A stretch of 64,000 nucleotides of DNA. It comes from Deinococcales bacterium (GTDB lineage Bacteria > Deinococcota > Deinococci > Deinococcales > JAAFIG01). This document shows positions 38,301 through 47,626 of the stretch, piece after piece. The DNA is taken from contig JANNVX010000064.1 of assembly GCA_031414595.1 (NCBI GenBank), positions 1 to 64,000 of the forward strand. Direction: 5' to 3'. Positions within the stretch are counted from its first letter, which is position 1; every line of letters starts with the position of its first letter. The position numbers were made by a program, and so were the translations under genes. Under the pieces are notes generated by a model. The model was not told the origin of the DNA and made no database searches. It was given only the letters and a program-made list of their open reading frames with translations.

Positions 38301-38566
38301 TAACGCTGCCACTGGTCGGTTTTTAAGACCTTATCGAGGTTTACAGCAAGGTCTTTAACCTCGAGATGCCCGACATCCAAGCTGCCTTTGGAAATAATAA
38401 AATCAGGTGCGCCGTAAACTTTTCGTTTGGCTTCGTTGGTGGCTTTATAGCCAGTTAATACCGCCTCGAGTAAATCTTGTAAGTACGGGCGGTAGGTGTG
38501 TTCGGTGGCATCGGCTCGAGCGTAGGCTCGTTTAATCTGGCTTAGGTACTCTGCGATTTCGGACAT
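35336..38566 (-). CDS. Single-chain restriction-modification enzyme (Type IIG-like; N6-adenine MTase with Type ISP-like C-terminal specificity domain)
   Basis: N-terminal PD...EVK nuclease motif, GVYYTP, VLDPATGTGTF (motif I), GNPPY (motif IV) and IGGYQVLEKWLKDRK; no helicase motifs seen. Confidence 0.85.
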   Translation of the reverse strand: MSEIAEYLSQIKRAYARADATEHTYRPYLQDLLEAVLTGYKATNEAKRKVYGAPDFIISKGSLDVGHLEVKDLAVNLDKVLKTDQWQRYTNALGNLILSDYLEFRWYVRGKLRRTVRLADLVEKTITPRANAEEELSSLLQAFVQNPTPAAGSARELAMRLAYYAQQIRVVIRRVLREELKLLKKPLTEQFLSVKTILVAELTREEFADLYAQTLTYGLFATRIQQDEPDTSLGELSQFAPDFKERTFSRATPLLGIRGNAVLTQIFSYFGGAEAHPDFVWALEEAAMVLDSANMESIKTELGKTTGAGDPVLHFYETFLAAYDKAMREKRGVYYTPEPVVGYIVRSVDNILKTRFDLKRGLADPSKTADGVHKVQVLDPATGTGTFLHRVINHIYAGFSNNQGMWNGYVKDHILPRVHGFEFLIAPYTLAHLKLDFLLSRTGYKLQKDERVRIFLTNTLEQPRGVDQAFQPFAAALQQESLAASSIKRDTPVMVVLGNPPYSGHSANTGDWIHNLLHGLDTLNNQTGTNYFEIDGMPLGEANSKYLNDDYVKFIRFSQWRIDKTGAGILAFVTNHGYLDNPTFRGMRQALLNSFDELYFLDLHGNSRKKETSPDGSKDENVFDIMQGVAIGFFIKLPPNKKPPLELGKRVYHANLWGLREIFEGKAENAKLTGGKYFWLEENDLQSTQWTEIFPASPFYLFSPQDINAQVEYQEFWGIPDIFSISANGFKTHRDNFAIAFDKSEIEERIENLRDSSQSDDVLRQQYEIKNGGNWTLQATRAALRKDENWQSPIVKCHYRPFDTRWCYFSNLLMDRPRRELLQHVVHQDNLCLGIGRQGMAVNDPVWSLVQISKSPIDQNVFMRGGVQIFPLYLYPNTEGLALEAERRKANLSPKFIAALGQILGLEWLPDGLGDLIQNFAPEDVLHYIYAVLHSPKYRSRYAEFLKIDFPRIPLPTDLSAFVALVRLGRELSGLHLMTTELETSVTFPQAGLNVVDKPRYAAQKVWINDTQYFAGIPEQLWQTRIGGYQVLEKWLKDRKGRELSFDDINHYCQVAAALEQTQGLMEGIDLVLGAA

Positions 38567-38714
38567 AGAGCAGTCTACCAAAAGCACTTGGGGCTTTGGC
38601 TTCTTCCTTTTATATTGCTGCGTATTCTCTGGGCTGCCGAGGCTCGAGCCGATAAAACCCAAGAACCCTTGTAGCCCACAAATACGGTGCTGTGACGCTT
38701 CATGGGTATCTGAC

Positions 38715-39467
38715 CTAAAAACTGGCGATGCGGGCTTTGTATTGCCCTTCGTCGTCTATTAACATCTCGAGGTACTGGCGCTTCTCGAGGGCATCAATCA
38801 TCGCAAAACCACTTTCTAAATCAAGCACAATCCCGTCTTTCATGACCGTATGCCCGTAGACCCCAAAGGCATGACCCGCGTCTTTGACATAAAATGGTTT
38901 TTCGTGCCACCAATGTTTAGAATCACGGTCATTGTAAAAAAAGTCATCAAAGTACATCATCCCCGGCAGTGGTCCTGCGTGGGAAAAATGGACACCTTCG
39001 ATGCGAATATAACGCTGGAAACTTTTTATCCATTCTTGTAAATCTTCTGGGAGCGGTGTACCGCCCTTGCTTGGGTCAAATTCGGCATGGATGACACCCA
39101 TTGCATTGCCCAGTAAGAACTTATGCTCGAGCGCGGCATCGTCGTGATTACCCAGAATAATTTCGACGTTGCCACCAGATTTTTCGACAAATTCTTTAAT
39201 CTTATAAAGTTCTCGAGTTTGCGCCCTAGAAGCACTTTTTAAGTGGTCGGGGTTGCGAAAATCATACCCTTCACGCCCGGTCAGTTCTTCATAGCGAACT
39301 GTGGTTTTAGGATGAACCAAGTCACCCATTAAAATCACGCGGTAGCGTCCGTCGAGGACTGGTGGGGTGGGGTTGCCGTGAGCATCCATTGCAAACGAGG
39401 CTTTGAGCGCTCCGTAAAGCAAGCCCCAATCTGTGTGGACATCTCCGATGGCGATAACTTTGACCAT
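38715..39467 (-). CDS. Calcineurin-like metallophosphoesterase
   Basis: IGDVH, MGDLVH, LGNHD, SHAG and GHT motifs. Confidence 0.85.
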   Translation of the reverse strand: MVKVIAIGDVHTDWGLLYGALKASFAMDAHGNPTPPVLDGRYRVILMGDLVHPKTTVRYEELTGREGYDFRNPDHLKSASRAQTRELYKIKEFVEKSGGNVEIILGNHDDAALEHKFLLGNAMGVIHAEFDPSKGGTPLPEDLQEWIKSFQRYIRIEGVHFSHAGPLPGMMYFDDFFYNDRDSKHWWHEKPFYVKDAGHAFGVYGHTVMKDGIVLDLESGFAMIDALEKRQYLEMLIDDEGQYKARIASF

Positions 39468-39626
39468 GTTCTACCATTCTACTCATACTGGGGGGTATAT
39501 CGCAAAGACCCTTGAGTGGGGGACGAAAATACGCCCGGTATGAAAAACTTCACATTCAAACAAAATTACAGTGCATTTTTTGAACTGTGTTATCAGCCTA
39601 TATCTTGGAGTATGATGCCAAGCCAC

Positions 39627-40619
39627 ATGAACTCGAGTTTTGTTGGTTTGACCGCACTTGGCACATATGTCCCCGAGGAAATCGTCACCAACGATGATTT
39701 AAGAAAGCGCGGCGTAGAAACGTCCGATGAGTGGATTCAATCTCGGACTGGAATAAAAGAACGGCGTTTTGCTCGAGAAGACGAATTTACCAGCCATCTG
39801 TGTATTGGTGCAGTCGAGAATCTTGTGGCGCGGTACGGAGCAAAGGTACTCGAGGGCGTGGATATGGTGATTGTCGCAACCAGTACCCCAGATGCGCTTT
39901 TTCCACAAACCGCCGCACTGGTTCAAAATCATTTTAAGTTAAATGCTGGAGCATTTGATTTACTGGCAGCTTGCCCGGGCTGGATATACGCCTTGTCGGT
40001 GGCGGCTGCCTATACCAAAAGTGGGATTCGTAAAAAAGTCTTGGCAATTGGGGCAGAGGCTTTAACCAAAATCCTTGATTGGTCTGACCGCACGACACTG
40101 GTGCTGTTTGGCGACGGGGCATGTGCTGGGATTGTCGAGGTCGTGCCAGAAGGTTACGGCTTTAAGAGCTTTGTACTGGGCGCAGATGGCGAAGGCGGCA
40201 AACACTTAAATATGCGTTGTATCAATAAAACCTTACCAGACGGTAATCCGTTGTCTGAATTTGTGTCCATGAACGGACGCGAAGTCTTTAAGTTTGCCGT
40301 GCGAGTGATGCACACCGCCACCAAACAAGCGGTTAGTGAAGCTGGCTTAGAACTAAAAGACATTGCCCAGTTTATTCCGCACCAAGCCAATTACCGAATT
40401 ATAGATGCCGCCCGTGAATACCTCGAGTTACCCGAAGACCGCGTGGTCGCCAACGTAGACCGTTACGGCAACACCAGTGCTGCCAGTATTGGTTTGGCGC
40501 TGCGTGAAGCCATAGATGACGGTCGAATCAAAGACGGGCATCACCTTTTACTGGTGACGTTTGGAGCGGGTTTAACCTGGGCTGCCAGCGTGATTACATG
40601 GCATGAAAAGACGTTTTAG
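39627..40619 (+). CDS. fabH: 3-oxoacyl-ACP synthase III
   Basis: TSDEWIQSRTGI, AACPG catalytic Cys, LFGDGA, PHQAN and GNTSAAS. Confidence 0.93.
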   Translation: MNSSFVGLTALGTYVPEEIVTNDDLRKRGVETSDEWIQSRTGIKERRFAREDEFTSHLCIGAVENLVARYGAKVLEGVDMVIVATSTPDALFPQTAALVQNHFKLNAGAFDLLAACPGWIYALSVAAAYTKSGIRKKVLAIGAEALTKILDWSDRTTLVLFGDGACAGIVEVVPEGYGFKSFVLGADGEGGKHLNMRCINKTLPDGNPLSEFVSMNGREVFKFAVRVMHTATKQAVSEAGLELKDIAQFIPHQANYRIIDAAREYLELPEDRVVANVDRYGNTSAASIGLALREAIDDGRIKDGHHLLLVTFGAGLTWAASVITWHEKTF

Positions 40620-41356
40620 TGCAGTTTAGTTTACTCGAGTGGGTCTTGTTGGGGCTTGGTGCATTGATTGCCGGTTCGAGCAAAGGCGGATTACCGGGGA
40701 TTAACACCTTAGCCGTGGTTTTTTTTATACAGGTGCTACCCGCCAAAATTGCGACGGGCGCACTCCTACCGCTTTTAATTGCGGCTGATGTGGTGGCAGT
40801 GCTGCTTTTTCGCAATTCTGCCAATTGGCGTGAACTGTGGCGAATTTTTCCAAGTACCGCCGTCGGTGTGGTCTTGGGGGCGTTATTGCTTGGGCAAATA
40901 GATGATGCTGTAGTCAAGCCTCTGGTTGGCATTATTGTCTTGATTTTATGTGCTTTGCAATTCTGGCGTTCAAAAAACGCTGGCGCGGGCTTAGACTTGG
41001 TGCAACACCCTGTTACGGCTGCCTCGGCGGGTATCATTGCAGGGTTTACGACCCTGATTGCCAATGCTGCGGGTCCAATCATGACGCTTTATTTACTGGC
41101 AATGCGTTTACCAAAAAACGAATTTGTTGGCACGACCGCCTGGTTTTTCTTTGTGGTCAATTTATTCAAGTTGCCTTTTATGCTTGGGCTTGGACTTATC
41201 AATGTCCAAAGTTTAGAACTGAACTTATATTTAATTCCTGTTGTGATACTGGGTGTTTTTATTGGCAGATTCGCCATGCAAAAACTCGAGCAGAAAACCT
41301 TTAATAACCTTGCGCTGATACTGGCTTTTCTGGGTGGATTACGGCTGCTTTTTTAA
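40619..41356 (+). CDS. Sulfite exporter TauE/SafE family protein
   Basis: SKGGLPG, LLPLLIAAD, ANAAGP and FFFVVNLFKLP; multi-TM. Confidence 0.85.
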   Translation: MQFSLLEWVLLGLGALIAGSSKGGLPGINTLAVVFFIQVLPAKIATGALLPLLIAADVVAVLLFRNSANWRELWRIFPSTAVGVVLGALLLGQIDDAVVKPLVGIIVLILCALQFWRSKNAGAGLDLVQHPVTAASAGIIAGFTTLIANAAGPIMTLYLLAMRLPKNEFVGTTAWFFFVVNLFKLPFMLGLGLINVQSLELNLYLIPVVILGVFIGRFAMQKLEQKTFNNLALILAFLGGLRLLF

Positions 41357-42481
41357 CCACTCGAGAATCTCGGTGCGGTGTTCGTCTAACCTCGGTGGGG
41401 CTTTTGTAATCGGTAAAGAAGCACCATTAAATTCAAAAGGAGGTTTGGTCAAACGAACCTGACCTAATTCTGGATGCTGGACACACTGCACCACACCTCG
41501 AGAAACCGCCCAGTCTGACTCGAGAACCTGACCGACACTCCAAACCGCGCCACAAGGCACACCTGAGCCTTGCAGAAGTTCAATTGCTGCCTCGCTCGAG
41601 AAACGAACCAAATGCGCTTCTAAATGTTGTGTTAGCTCGAGACGATGGATTAAACGCTGTTCGTTTGTAGCAAATTGTGGCTCGAGTAAATCTGAGGCGT
41701 TCAGGGCAGCACAAAGTTTTTGGTACAAGACATCATTGCCACAAGCGATATTCACAAAACCATCCATTGTTTTATACGTTCCATACGGCACAATACTGCG
41801 GTGTTCATTGCCGAGGCGTTCAGCATCTTCACCAGCATTTAAGTAGCGACTATTCTGATACGTGCCGAGCGCCACCATACTCTCGAGCAGATTGATTTCA
41901 ATCTGTTTGCCCAAGCCGGTGCGCTCACGCTCATACAGCGCTGCCAGAATCGCTTGGGTGGCAAGCGAACCCGCAAAAATATCGGCGATGGCTACCCCAG
42001 CCTTTTGTGGCAGACCGTTTGGTTCGCCAGTGTAACTCATAAAACCACTCATGCCTTGGGCGATTAAGTCATAACCCGCCCAATCTTTTAACGTGCCACT
42101 CGAGCCAAAACCAGAAATACTACACCTAATCAAACGCGGATTTTTGGTTTGAATCCCTAGTTTCTCGAGGGTTTTCGGACGGTAATTCTCCACCAGCACA
42201 TCGGCAGCATCAACAATTTGTTGGGCAATCTCGAGGTCAGACGGGTTTTTCAAGTCCAAGGCAATACTGCGTTTATTGCGATTTGCTGACAAAAAATAGG
42301 TGGCTTCTCTTATCCCATTGTTCTCGAGCCAAGGCGCACCCCACGCCCTTGTGTCATCGCCGTTTGGAGGTTCGATTTTAATGACATCCGCGCCCAAATC
42401 GCCTAGGGTTTGGGTGCAGTAAGGACCCGTTAAAACCCGGGTAAAATCGGCAACCACAATGCCAGATAAAGGAAGATTCAT
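41339..42481 (-). CDS. CaiB/BaiF family III CoA-transferase
   Basis: GPYCTQTLGDLGADVIKIEPP, NRNKRSIALDLK and GYDLIAQ. Confidence 0.92.
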   Translation of the reverse strand: MNLPLSGIVVADFTRVLTGPYCTQTLGDLGADVIKIEPPNGDDTRAWGAPWLENNGIREATYFLSANRNKRSIALDLKNPSDLEIAQQIVDAADVLVENYRPKTLEKLGIQTKNPRLIRCSISGFGSSGTLKDWAGYDLIAQGMSGFMSYTGEPNGLPQKAGVAIADIFAGSLATQAILAALYERERTGLGKQIEINLLESMVALGTYQNSRYLNAGEDAERLGNEHRSIVPYGTYKTMDGFVNIACGNDVLYQKLCAALNASDLLEPQFATNEQRLIHRLELTQHLEAHLVRFSSEAAIELLQGSGVPCGAVWSVGQVLESDWAVSRGVVQCVQHPELGQVRLTKPPFEFNGASLPITKAPPRLDEHRTEILEWLKKQP

Positions 42482-43446
42482 ATGTCCAGCGCCATAAAAG
42501 CCGTTTCGAGTTCGGCAGGGGACGCACCCCTCGCCAGCAGCACCAACAACAGAATTCGGGCTTTATGGGCATTCAAAAACGAAGCTGGAATCGCCCCAAG
42601 TTGACGCAGTTGCTTCCCTCCGCCCTCGTAGCCATAAATCGGTAGAATCGCGCCCGTGTGGGTGCGGGTGGCAATCACAATCGGTTTGGTGGCGTGGCGA
42701 ATAATCGGCACAACATCGGGTGGAACATTGCCTGTGCCGAGCGCCGCAATCACCACCCCCGAAGCTCGAGAGAGCGCAGCTTCTAAGCCCTCACCGCCCC
42801 AACCCGCATAGGCATAGACAATTTCGACTCTGGCATCCACATGCTCTATAACTTGTGGGACTCGAGGCTCTGGACGGGCAAAATAGGAAATCATGGCTTG
42901 AGCCGACAAAAAATCCACTCGCCCAATCGGACCAGGATAACCTCCAAACGCCTCGAGCCGCGTCGTATCGGTTTTGGTGACGGTACGGGCATCAAAAATA
43001 TCACCCGCAAAAACCACCAACGCCCCACGGCTTTTGGAACGCGGCTCGAGTGCCACATGTGCGGCTGCCAGAACATTACCGGGTCCATCCCAAGAGGCTT
43101 CTTCGGCATGACGCATACTGCCAGTTAGAACCACAGGCACAGTCGTATTAAGTGTTAGATGCAAGAAAAAAGCAGTCTCCTCGAGTGTATCCGTGCCATG
43201 TGTGACCACAATTCCATCATGATTTTGTGCCACTGCCTGAATTAAATCGCGAAGCTCGAGCATGTGCTTTGGGGTGACATGCGGACTGGGCAAATTGAAT
43301 GGTTGAAACACCGAAATCTTAAACTGCTCGAGTTGTGGTAAAGCAAGAAGTAAATCCTGCACGGCATTGGCGGGGATTAAAGAACCGCTCGAGTCGGTGC
43401 GACTGGCGATTGTGCCACCTGTTTGAATGATTGCAAGGCGTTTCAT
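42478..43446 (-). CDS. ansA: L-asparaginase
   Basis: TGGTIA and HGTDTLEETA catalytic motifs. Confidence 0.9.
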   Translation of the reverse strand: MKRLAIIQTGGTIASRTDSSGSLIPANAVQDLLLALPQLEQFKISVFQPFNLPSPHVTPKHMLELRDLIQAVAQNHDGIVVTHGTDTLEETAFFLHLTLNTTVPVVLTGSMRHAEEASWDGPGNVLAAAHVALEPRSKSRGALVVFAGDIFDARTVTKTDTTRLEAFGGYPGPIGRVDFLSAQAMISYFARPEPRVPQVIEHVDARVEIVYAYAGWGGEGLEAALSRASGVVIAALGTGNVPPDVVPIIRHATKPIVIATRTHTGAILPIYGYEGGGKQLRQLGAIPASFLNAHKARILLLVLLARGASPAELETAFMALDI

Positions 43447-43477
43447 GATGCGATTAGCATACGGTACAGTAACCCCA

Positions 43478-44797
43478 ATGCGGCAACTTCCGACTGGTTT
43501 TCTAAAACGAATGCAGAGCCTTTTAGGGACTGAATTTACAGCTTTTCAAAGCGAATTAGGCACAAGTGAACGGCAGTACGCGATTCGTGCCAATGCCCTT
43601 AAAATCTCTCGAGAAACCTTAGCCTTTAAGTTGGGCTTAACCGAAAATGTGCCTTGGTCAGATACAGGTTTGTACGCCACTCGAGAAGCGCGACTTGGCG
43701 CTCACCCACTGCACCACGCTGGGGCATATTACGTCCAAGAACCCAGCGCTCAAGCGGTCGCCTTGGCGCTGGATGTTCAGCCAAATTTGCGGGTCTTAGA
43801 TTTGTGTGCTGCCCCAGGCGGTAAAAGCACCCACTTAGCTGCTTTGATGCAAAACCAAGGGGTGTTGGTTTGCAATGAAATCAGTGCCACGAGAGCTAGA
43901 GCCTTAAGCGAAAATCTCGAGCGCTTGGGCTGCATCGGGATTGTGACCAACGAAGAACCCGCCAGACTTGCCCAAAAATGGGGCGCAACCTTTGACCGTG
44001 TACTTGTAGACGCGCCATGTAGCGGCGAAGGGATGTTTCGTAAGCATAATGCCGCCATAGAAAGCTGGTCAGAAGCGCATGTGGTGACTTGTGCGGTGCG
44101 CCAAAACTTAATTCTCGAGAATGCGGCGGCACTGCTCAACAATGATGGGATACTGGTCTACAGCACCTGTACTTTTGCAGTTGAGGAAAACGAAGATGTC
44201 ATCACGGCATTTCTCGAGCAACACCCAGAATTTAGTCTCGAGCCAATACAGGGATTTAAGGCTGGAATCGGTGGTATTGGCTCGAGATTGTATCCACATT
44301 TGCTTCGTGGCGAAGGGCATTTTCTGGCACGGCTTCGTAAAAATGGGCTTGCTGAGGTGAGCGAGGCATACTATCTTGACCCTACAGTTAAGGACAAAAA
44401 ACCATTTGCCGAATTTGCTCGAGAATTTGCAATTCCAGACGGCATTGCTCTCGAGTTTCGTCAAGAGATTCATATGGCACACCCAAACAGCCCGAGTCTC
44501 GAGGGAATACGGGCGTTGCGGGCTGGGATTCCAGTAGCGCACCTCGAGAAAAACCGTCTTGAACCACATCATGCCTTGTCTCGAGTGACAAAAAATTATA
44601 CCAATACAGTAGAACTCGAGGATTCAGAAATCATTGCGTACTTACGCGGCGAAACGATAACTCGAGACGGAAAAGCTGGTTGGGTTTTACTCGAGACTGG
44701 CGGTTTAGCCCTCAGTTGGGGTAAACAGGTTGGCAGTGTTATTAAAAATCATTATCCGAAGCATTTACGTGGCAATGCGTTACTACTCGAGGATTGA
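43478..44797 (+). CDS. rsmF: 16S rRNA m5C methyltransferase RsmF (RsmB/NOP family)
   Basis: YYVQEPSA, DLCAAPGGKST, DAPCSGEGMFRK, YSTCTF and C-terminal KNHYPK. Confidence 0.9.
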   Translation: MRQLPTGFLKRMQSLLGTEFTAFQSELGTSERQYAIRANALKISRETLAFKLGLTENVPWSDTGLYATREARLGAHPLHHAGAYYVQEPSAQAVALALDVQPNLRVLDLCAAPGGKSTHLAALMQNQGVLVCNEISATRARALSENLERLGCIGIVTNEEPARLAQKWGATFDRVLVDAPCSGEGMFRKHNAAIESWSEAHVVTCAVRQNLILENAAALLNNDGILVYSTCTFAVEENEDVITAFLEQHPEFSLEPIQGFKAGIGGIGSRLYPHLLRGEGHFLARLRKNGLAEVSEAYYLDPTVKDKKPFAEFAREFAIPDGIALEFRQEIHMAHPNSPSLEGIRALRAGIPVAHLEKNRLEPHHALSRVTKNYTNTVELEDSEIIAYLRGETITRDGKAGWVLLETGGLALSWGKQVGSVIKNHYPKHLRGNALLLED

Positions 44798-44828
44798 ACT
44801 CAGTCCACTCGAGGATTGAACTCAGTCC
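44785..44828 (+). repeat. Perfect 22-bp tandem duplication spanning the rsmF stop codon
   Basis: ACTCGAGGATTGAACTCAGTCC occurs twice in tandem. Confidence 0.9.
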
Positions 44829-44903
44829 AAGGATTGAGAAGATAAAACCACCACCTCAAAAATAGCGTAGACTAGCCTTCGATTCACAAATAAGGAGAGG
44901 TGT

Positions 44904-46472
44904 ATGCGAAAACGAATAGGCGCGGTTGCATTACTTGGCATTGGCTTACTAGCAGTCAGCATGGCTCAGAATTCTCGCTCGAGTACCTTGGTGTATGGCG
45001 GAGATTTCTCTGACCTGATTTCGCTTGACCCCGGAATCAGTTACGAATTTAGCGGTGGTTTAATCACCGACAATTTGTACGAAACCTTGGTCAAATTTGA
45101 AGGCGAAGATTTAAGCACCTTAAAACCCGGCATTGCGGCTCGTTGGGTAGTTAAAGACGCGGGCAGCACTTGGAAAGTCACCTTTAATCTTGCCAACAAA
45201 AAATTCGCTTCGGGTAATCCAGTCACGGCTGCCGATGTGGTCTACACTTTTGACCGAGCAATAGCCTTAAAAGGTAACGGTTCGTTTTTGTTTGACGAAG
45301 TTGCCAATATGAAAATCGGTAGCACCAAAGCCCTCGGTCGGTCTACTGTCGAAGTAACTTTGCCAAAAACCGCCAGTCCAGCCGCTTTTTTGAATTTGCT
45401 TACCTTTAACATTGGCGGCATTGTAGACAGCGTTTTGGTCAAATCCAAAGCGGTCGGTAACGATTACGGTTCAGAATGGTTAAAACGCAACTCGGCGGGC
45501 TCGGGCGCGTTTGTCTTAAATCGTTGGGACCAGAATCAGCAAGTGGTCTTGGATGCCAACCCCAACTCGAGCTTAAAAGCCAAATTGAGCCGCGTTATCT
45601 TGCGCGAAATGAAAGAAGCTAACACCCAAAAAATTGCCCTCGAGAGCGGTGAAATTGACATTGCTGAGAATCTAACCCCAGATATGGTCAAAGCCAAAGC
45701 CACAGACGCTAAATTTAATGTCTACAAAGCCGATAGCTTGCGTTTGCAGTACCTCGGCATGAATACTGGGGCTGGCAGCCAATTTGAGGATGCAAGGGTG
45801 CGCCAAGCGGTGCGTTGGGCGCTTGACCAAGACAGCATGGTTAATGTATTGGCTGGTGGCAACGCCCGTAAAGTCCAAACGATTATTCCTGCCGGTTTAT
45901 TTGGCTTTAATGCCAGCAACCCCTACAGTGTTAATGTCGAAAAAGCCAAGGGGTTACTAGCCGCCGCAGGCAAGCCCAATGGTTTTGAATTTGAAATGCT
46001 CGTCCCACAAGGCTCTTGTGCAGCAGGTGTACCGTGCGCTGATTTAGCCGCCAAAATTCAATCTGACCTTGGAAAAATTGGCTTAAAAGCCAATATCAAA
46101 CAAATTGTGCAATCCGAGTTACTTGGTATTTACCGCGCTCAGAAAGCCCAAATGGTCTTAGTTGGTTGGTCTCCGGATTTTCCGGATCCGGACGGCAACG
46201 CTACACCAATGTCGGATTACGGCGCAAAAAGCCTTGCATGGCGCAATGCTTGGAATAATGCCACCGCCAGCAAACTCGCCCAACAAGCCGCCCTCGAGCC
46301 GAACCCAGCCAAACGCGCTGCGCTCTATAAGCAACTGACCGAACTGCATCTCGAGGAAGGTCCGTTTGCGATTTTGTACCAACCAAAAGTACCCGTTACG
46401 TTATCCACCAGCGTCAAAGGCTATTTACGCAATGCCCAAGGTCAAGTTCGTTTCGAGAAAATTTCTAAGTAA
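44904..46472 (+). CDS. Peptide/nickel ABC transporter substrate-binding protein (family 5)
   Basis: Signal peptide; SLDP, LYETLV, VTAADVVYTF and WSPDFPDPD. Confidence 0.9.
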   Translation: MRKRIGAVALLGIGLLAVSMAQNSRSSTLVYGGDFSDLISLDPGISYEFSGGLITDNLYETLVKFEGEDLSTLKPGIAARWVVKDAGSTWKVTFNLANKKFASGNPVTAADVVYTFDRAIALKGNGSFLFDEVANMKIGSTKALGRSTVEVTLPKTASPAAFLNLLTFNIGGIVDSVLVKSKAVGNDYGSEWLKRNSAGSGAFVLNRWDQNQQVVLDANPNSSLKAKLSRVILREMKEANTQKIALESGEIDIAENLTPDMVKAKATDAKFNVYKADSLRLQYLGMNTGAGSQFEDARVRQAVRWALDQDSMVNVLAGGNARKVQTIIPAGLFGFNASNPYSVNVEKAKGLLAAAGKPNGFEFEMLVPQGSCAAGVPCADLAAKIQSDLGKIGLKANIKQIVQSELLGIYRAQKAQMVLVGWSPDFPDPDGNATPMSDYGAKSLAWRNAWNNATASKLAQQAALEPNPAKRAALYKQLTELHLEEGPFAILYQPKVPVTLSTSVKGYLRNAQGQVRFEKISK

Positions 46473-46481
46473 AGCAAAAAA

Positions 46482-46512
46482 CTCGAGGAGCGTATTTAAT
46501 GCGCTCCTCGAT
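46482..46512 (+). other. Stem-loop after the SBP gene (mRNA stabiliser or terminator)
   Basis: TCGAGGAGCGTA-TTTAA-TGCGCTCCTCGA. Confidence 0.65.
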
Positions 46513-46559
46513 TCGTAGGATTTAAGGCGATAAGTCAAGGTCAGCGATGCGCTAAAACT

Positions 46560-46601
46560 CAAAGCTCATAGCCCATAGCCCATAGCCCATAGCCCAAAGC
46601 T
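46560..46601. repeat. Heptamer tandem repeat
   Basis: CAAAGCT (CATAGCC)4 CAAAGCT. Confidence 0.85.
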
Positions 46602-46618
46602 CAAAAAGAGACCCTAAA

Positions 46619-47626
46619 ATGCTTAATTACACCATCAGAAGATTATTTTTTGTCCTATTCGTGGTTTGGGGCGTTTCCTTAGCCACCTTTTTTATCTCCC
46701 AAGTCGTCCCCGGCGACCCCGCACTGGTTGCGCTTGGCGATAAAGCCACCGATGAAATGATTGCCAATTTTAGAACCAAAAATGGCTTAGACCAACCCGT
46801 TGTAACACAGTATTTTACTTATGTTGGGCGTTTATTAAAAGGCGACCTCGGCACAAGCCTGCGAACTGGCAGACCAATCCTAGATGATTTACGCGATTTT
46901 TTCCCCGGTACACTCGAGTTATCCGCTACAGCCCTGTTTATTGCAGCGCTGATTGGTATTCCAGCCGGAGTGTTGGCGGCGCTCACCCAAAATAAAGCCC
47001 CAGACATTATTGTGCGCTTATTAGCACTACTGGGCGGGGCAACCCCGATTTACTGGTTGGCGATTTTACTGCTCGAGTTTCTGCACAATAAACTGCGCTT
47101 ACTGCCCGGACCCGGACGTTTAGATGCTTACTTAATCGCTCCGCCTCGAGTGACTGGTTTTGTCGGCATAGACGCACTGATTGCTAGAGATTGGGAAGTG
47201 TTTTCTGACAGTATTGCCCATTTAATCTTACCCGCTTTTGTGCTGGGCGCGTTTAGCTCGGCGCTGCTGGCACGCATGACCAGAGCCGCCATGCTTGAAA
47301 CCATGAGCCAAGATTATATTCGCACCGCCAAAGCCAAAGGCATTGCCCAGTCTCGAGTGGTGATAAAACACGCCCTGAGAAATGCTTTTTTGCCTGTCCT
47401 GACGGTGCTTGGTGGGGTGCTTGGCGGTTTATTGTCTGGGGCAGTGCTGACCGAAACCATTTTTAGCTGGCCCGGAGTTGGACGCTACACCACCGATGCC
47501 GCCATCAGCCTTGATTTTCCAGCCGTGATGGGTGTGACTTTACTGGCTGGCATGGCATATTCACTGATTAACTTAGTCACTGATTTACTGTACGCGCTGT
47601 TTGACCCAAGGATAACCTATGCTTAG
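46619..47626 (+). CDS. Peptide ABC transporter permease (DppB/OppB-like)
   Basis: PGDPA, GDLGTS and EAA loop DYIRTAKAKG...HALRNA. Confidence 0.92.
   Translation: MLNYTIRRLFFVLFVVWGVSLATFFISQVVPGDPALVALGDKATDEMIANFRTKNGLDQPVVTQYFTYVGRLLKGDLGTSLRTGRPILDDLRDFFPGTLELSATALFIAALIGIPAGVLAALTQNKAPDIIVRLLALLGGATPIYWLAILLLEFLHNKLRLLPGPGRLDAYLIAPPRVTGFVGIDALIARDWEVFSDSIAHLILPAFVLGAFSSALLARMTRAAMLETMSQDYIRTAKAKGIAQSRVVIKHALRNAFLPVLTVLGGVLGGLLSGAVLTETIFSWPGVGRYTTDAAISLDFPAVMGVTLLAGMAYSLINLVTDLLYALFDPRITYA

Noticed and set aside
35336-38566. This MTase as the cognate CTCGAG methylase
   Set aside because: Specificity cannot be read from sequence, and single-chain IIG/ISP-like enzymes usually recognise asymmetric sites; needs methylome data.
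33271-38662. Intact integrative element or prophage at tRNA-Arg
   Set aside because: No integrase or phage genes, and no convincing duplicate of the tRNA 3' end; the 10-bp GGGCGCACCA near 34717 is inside a gene and likely chance.
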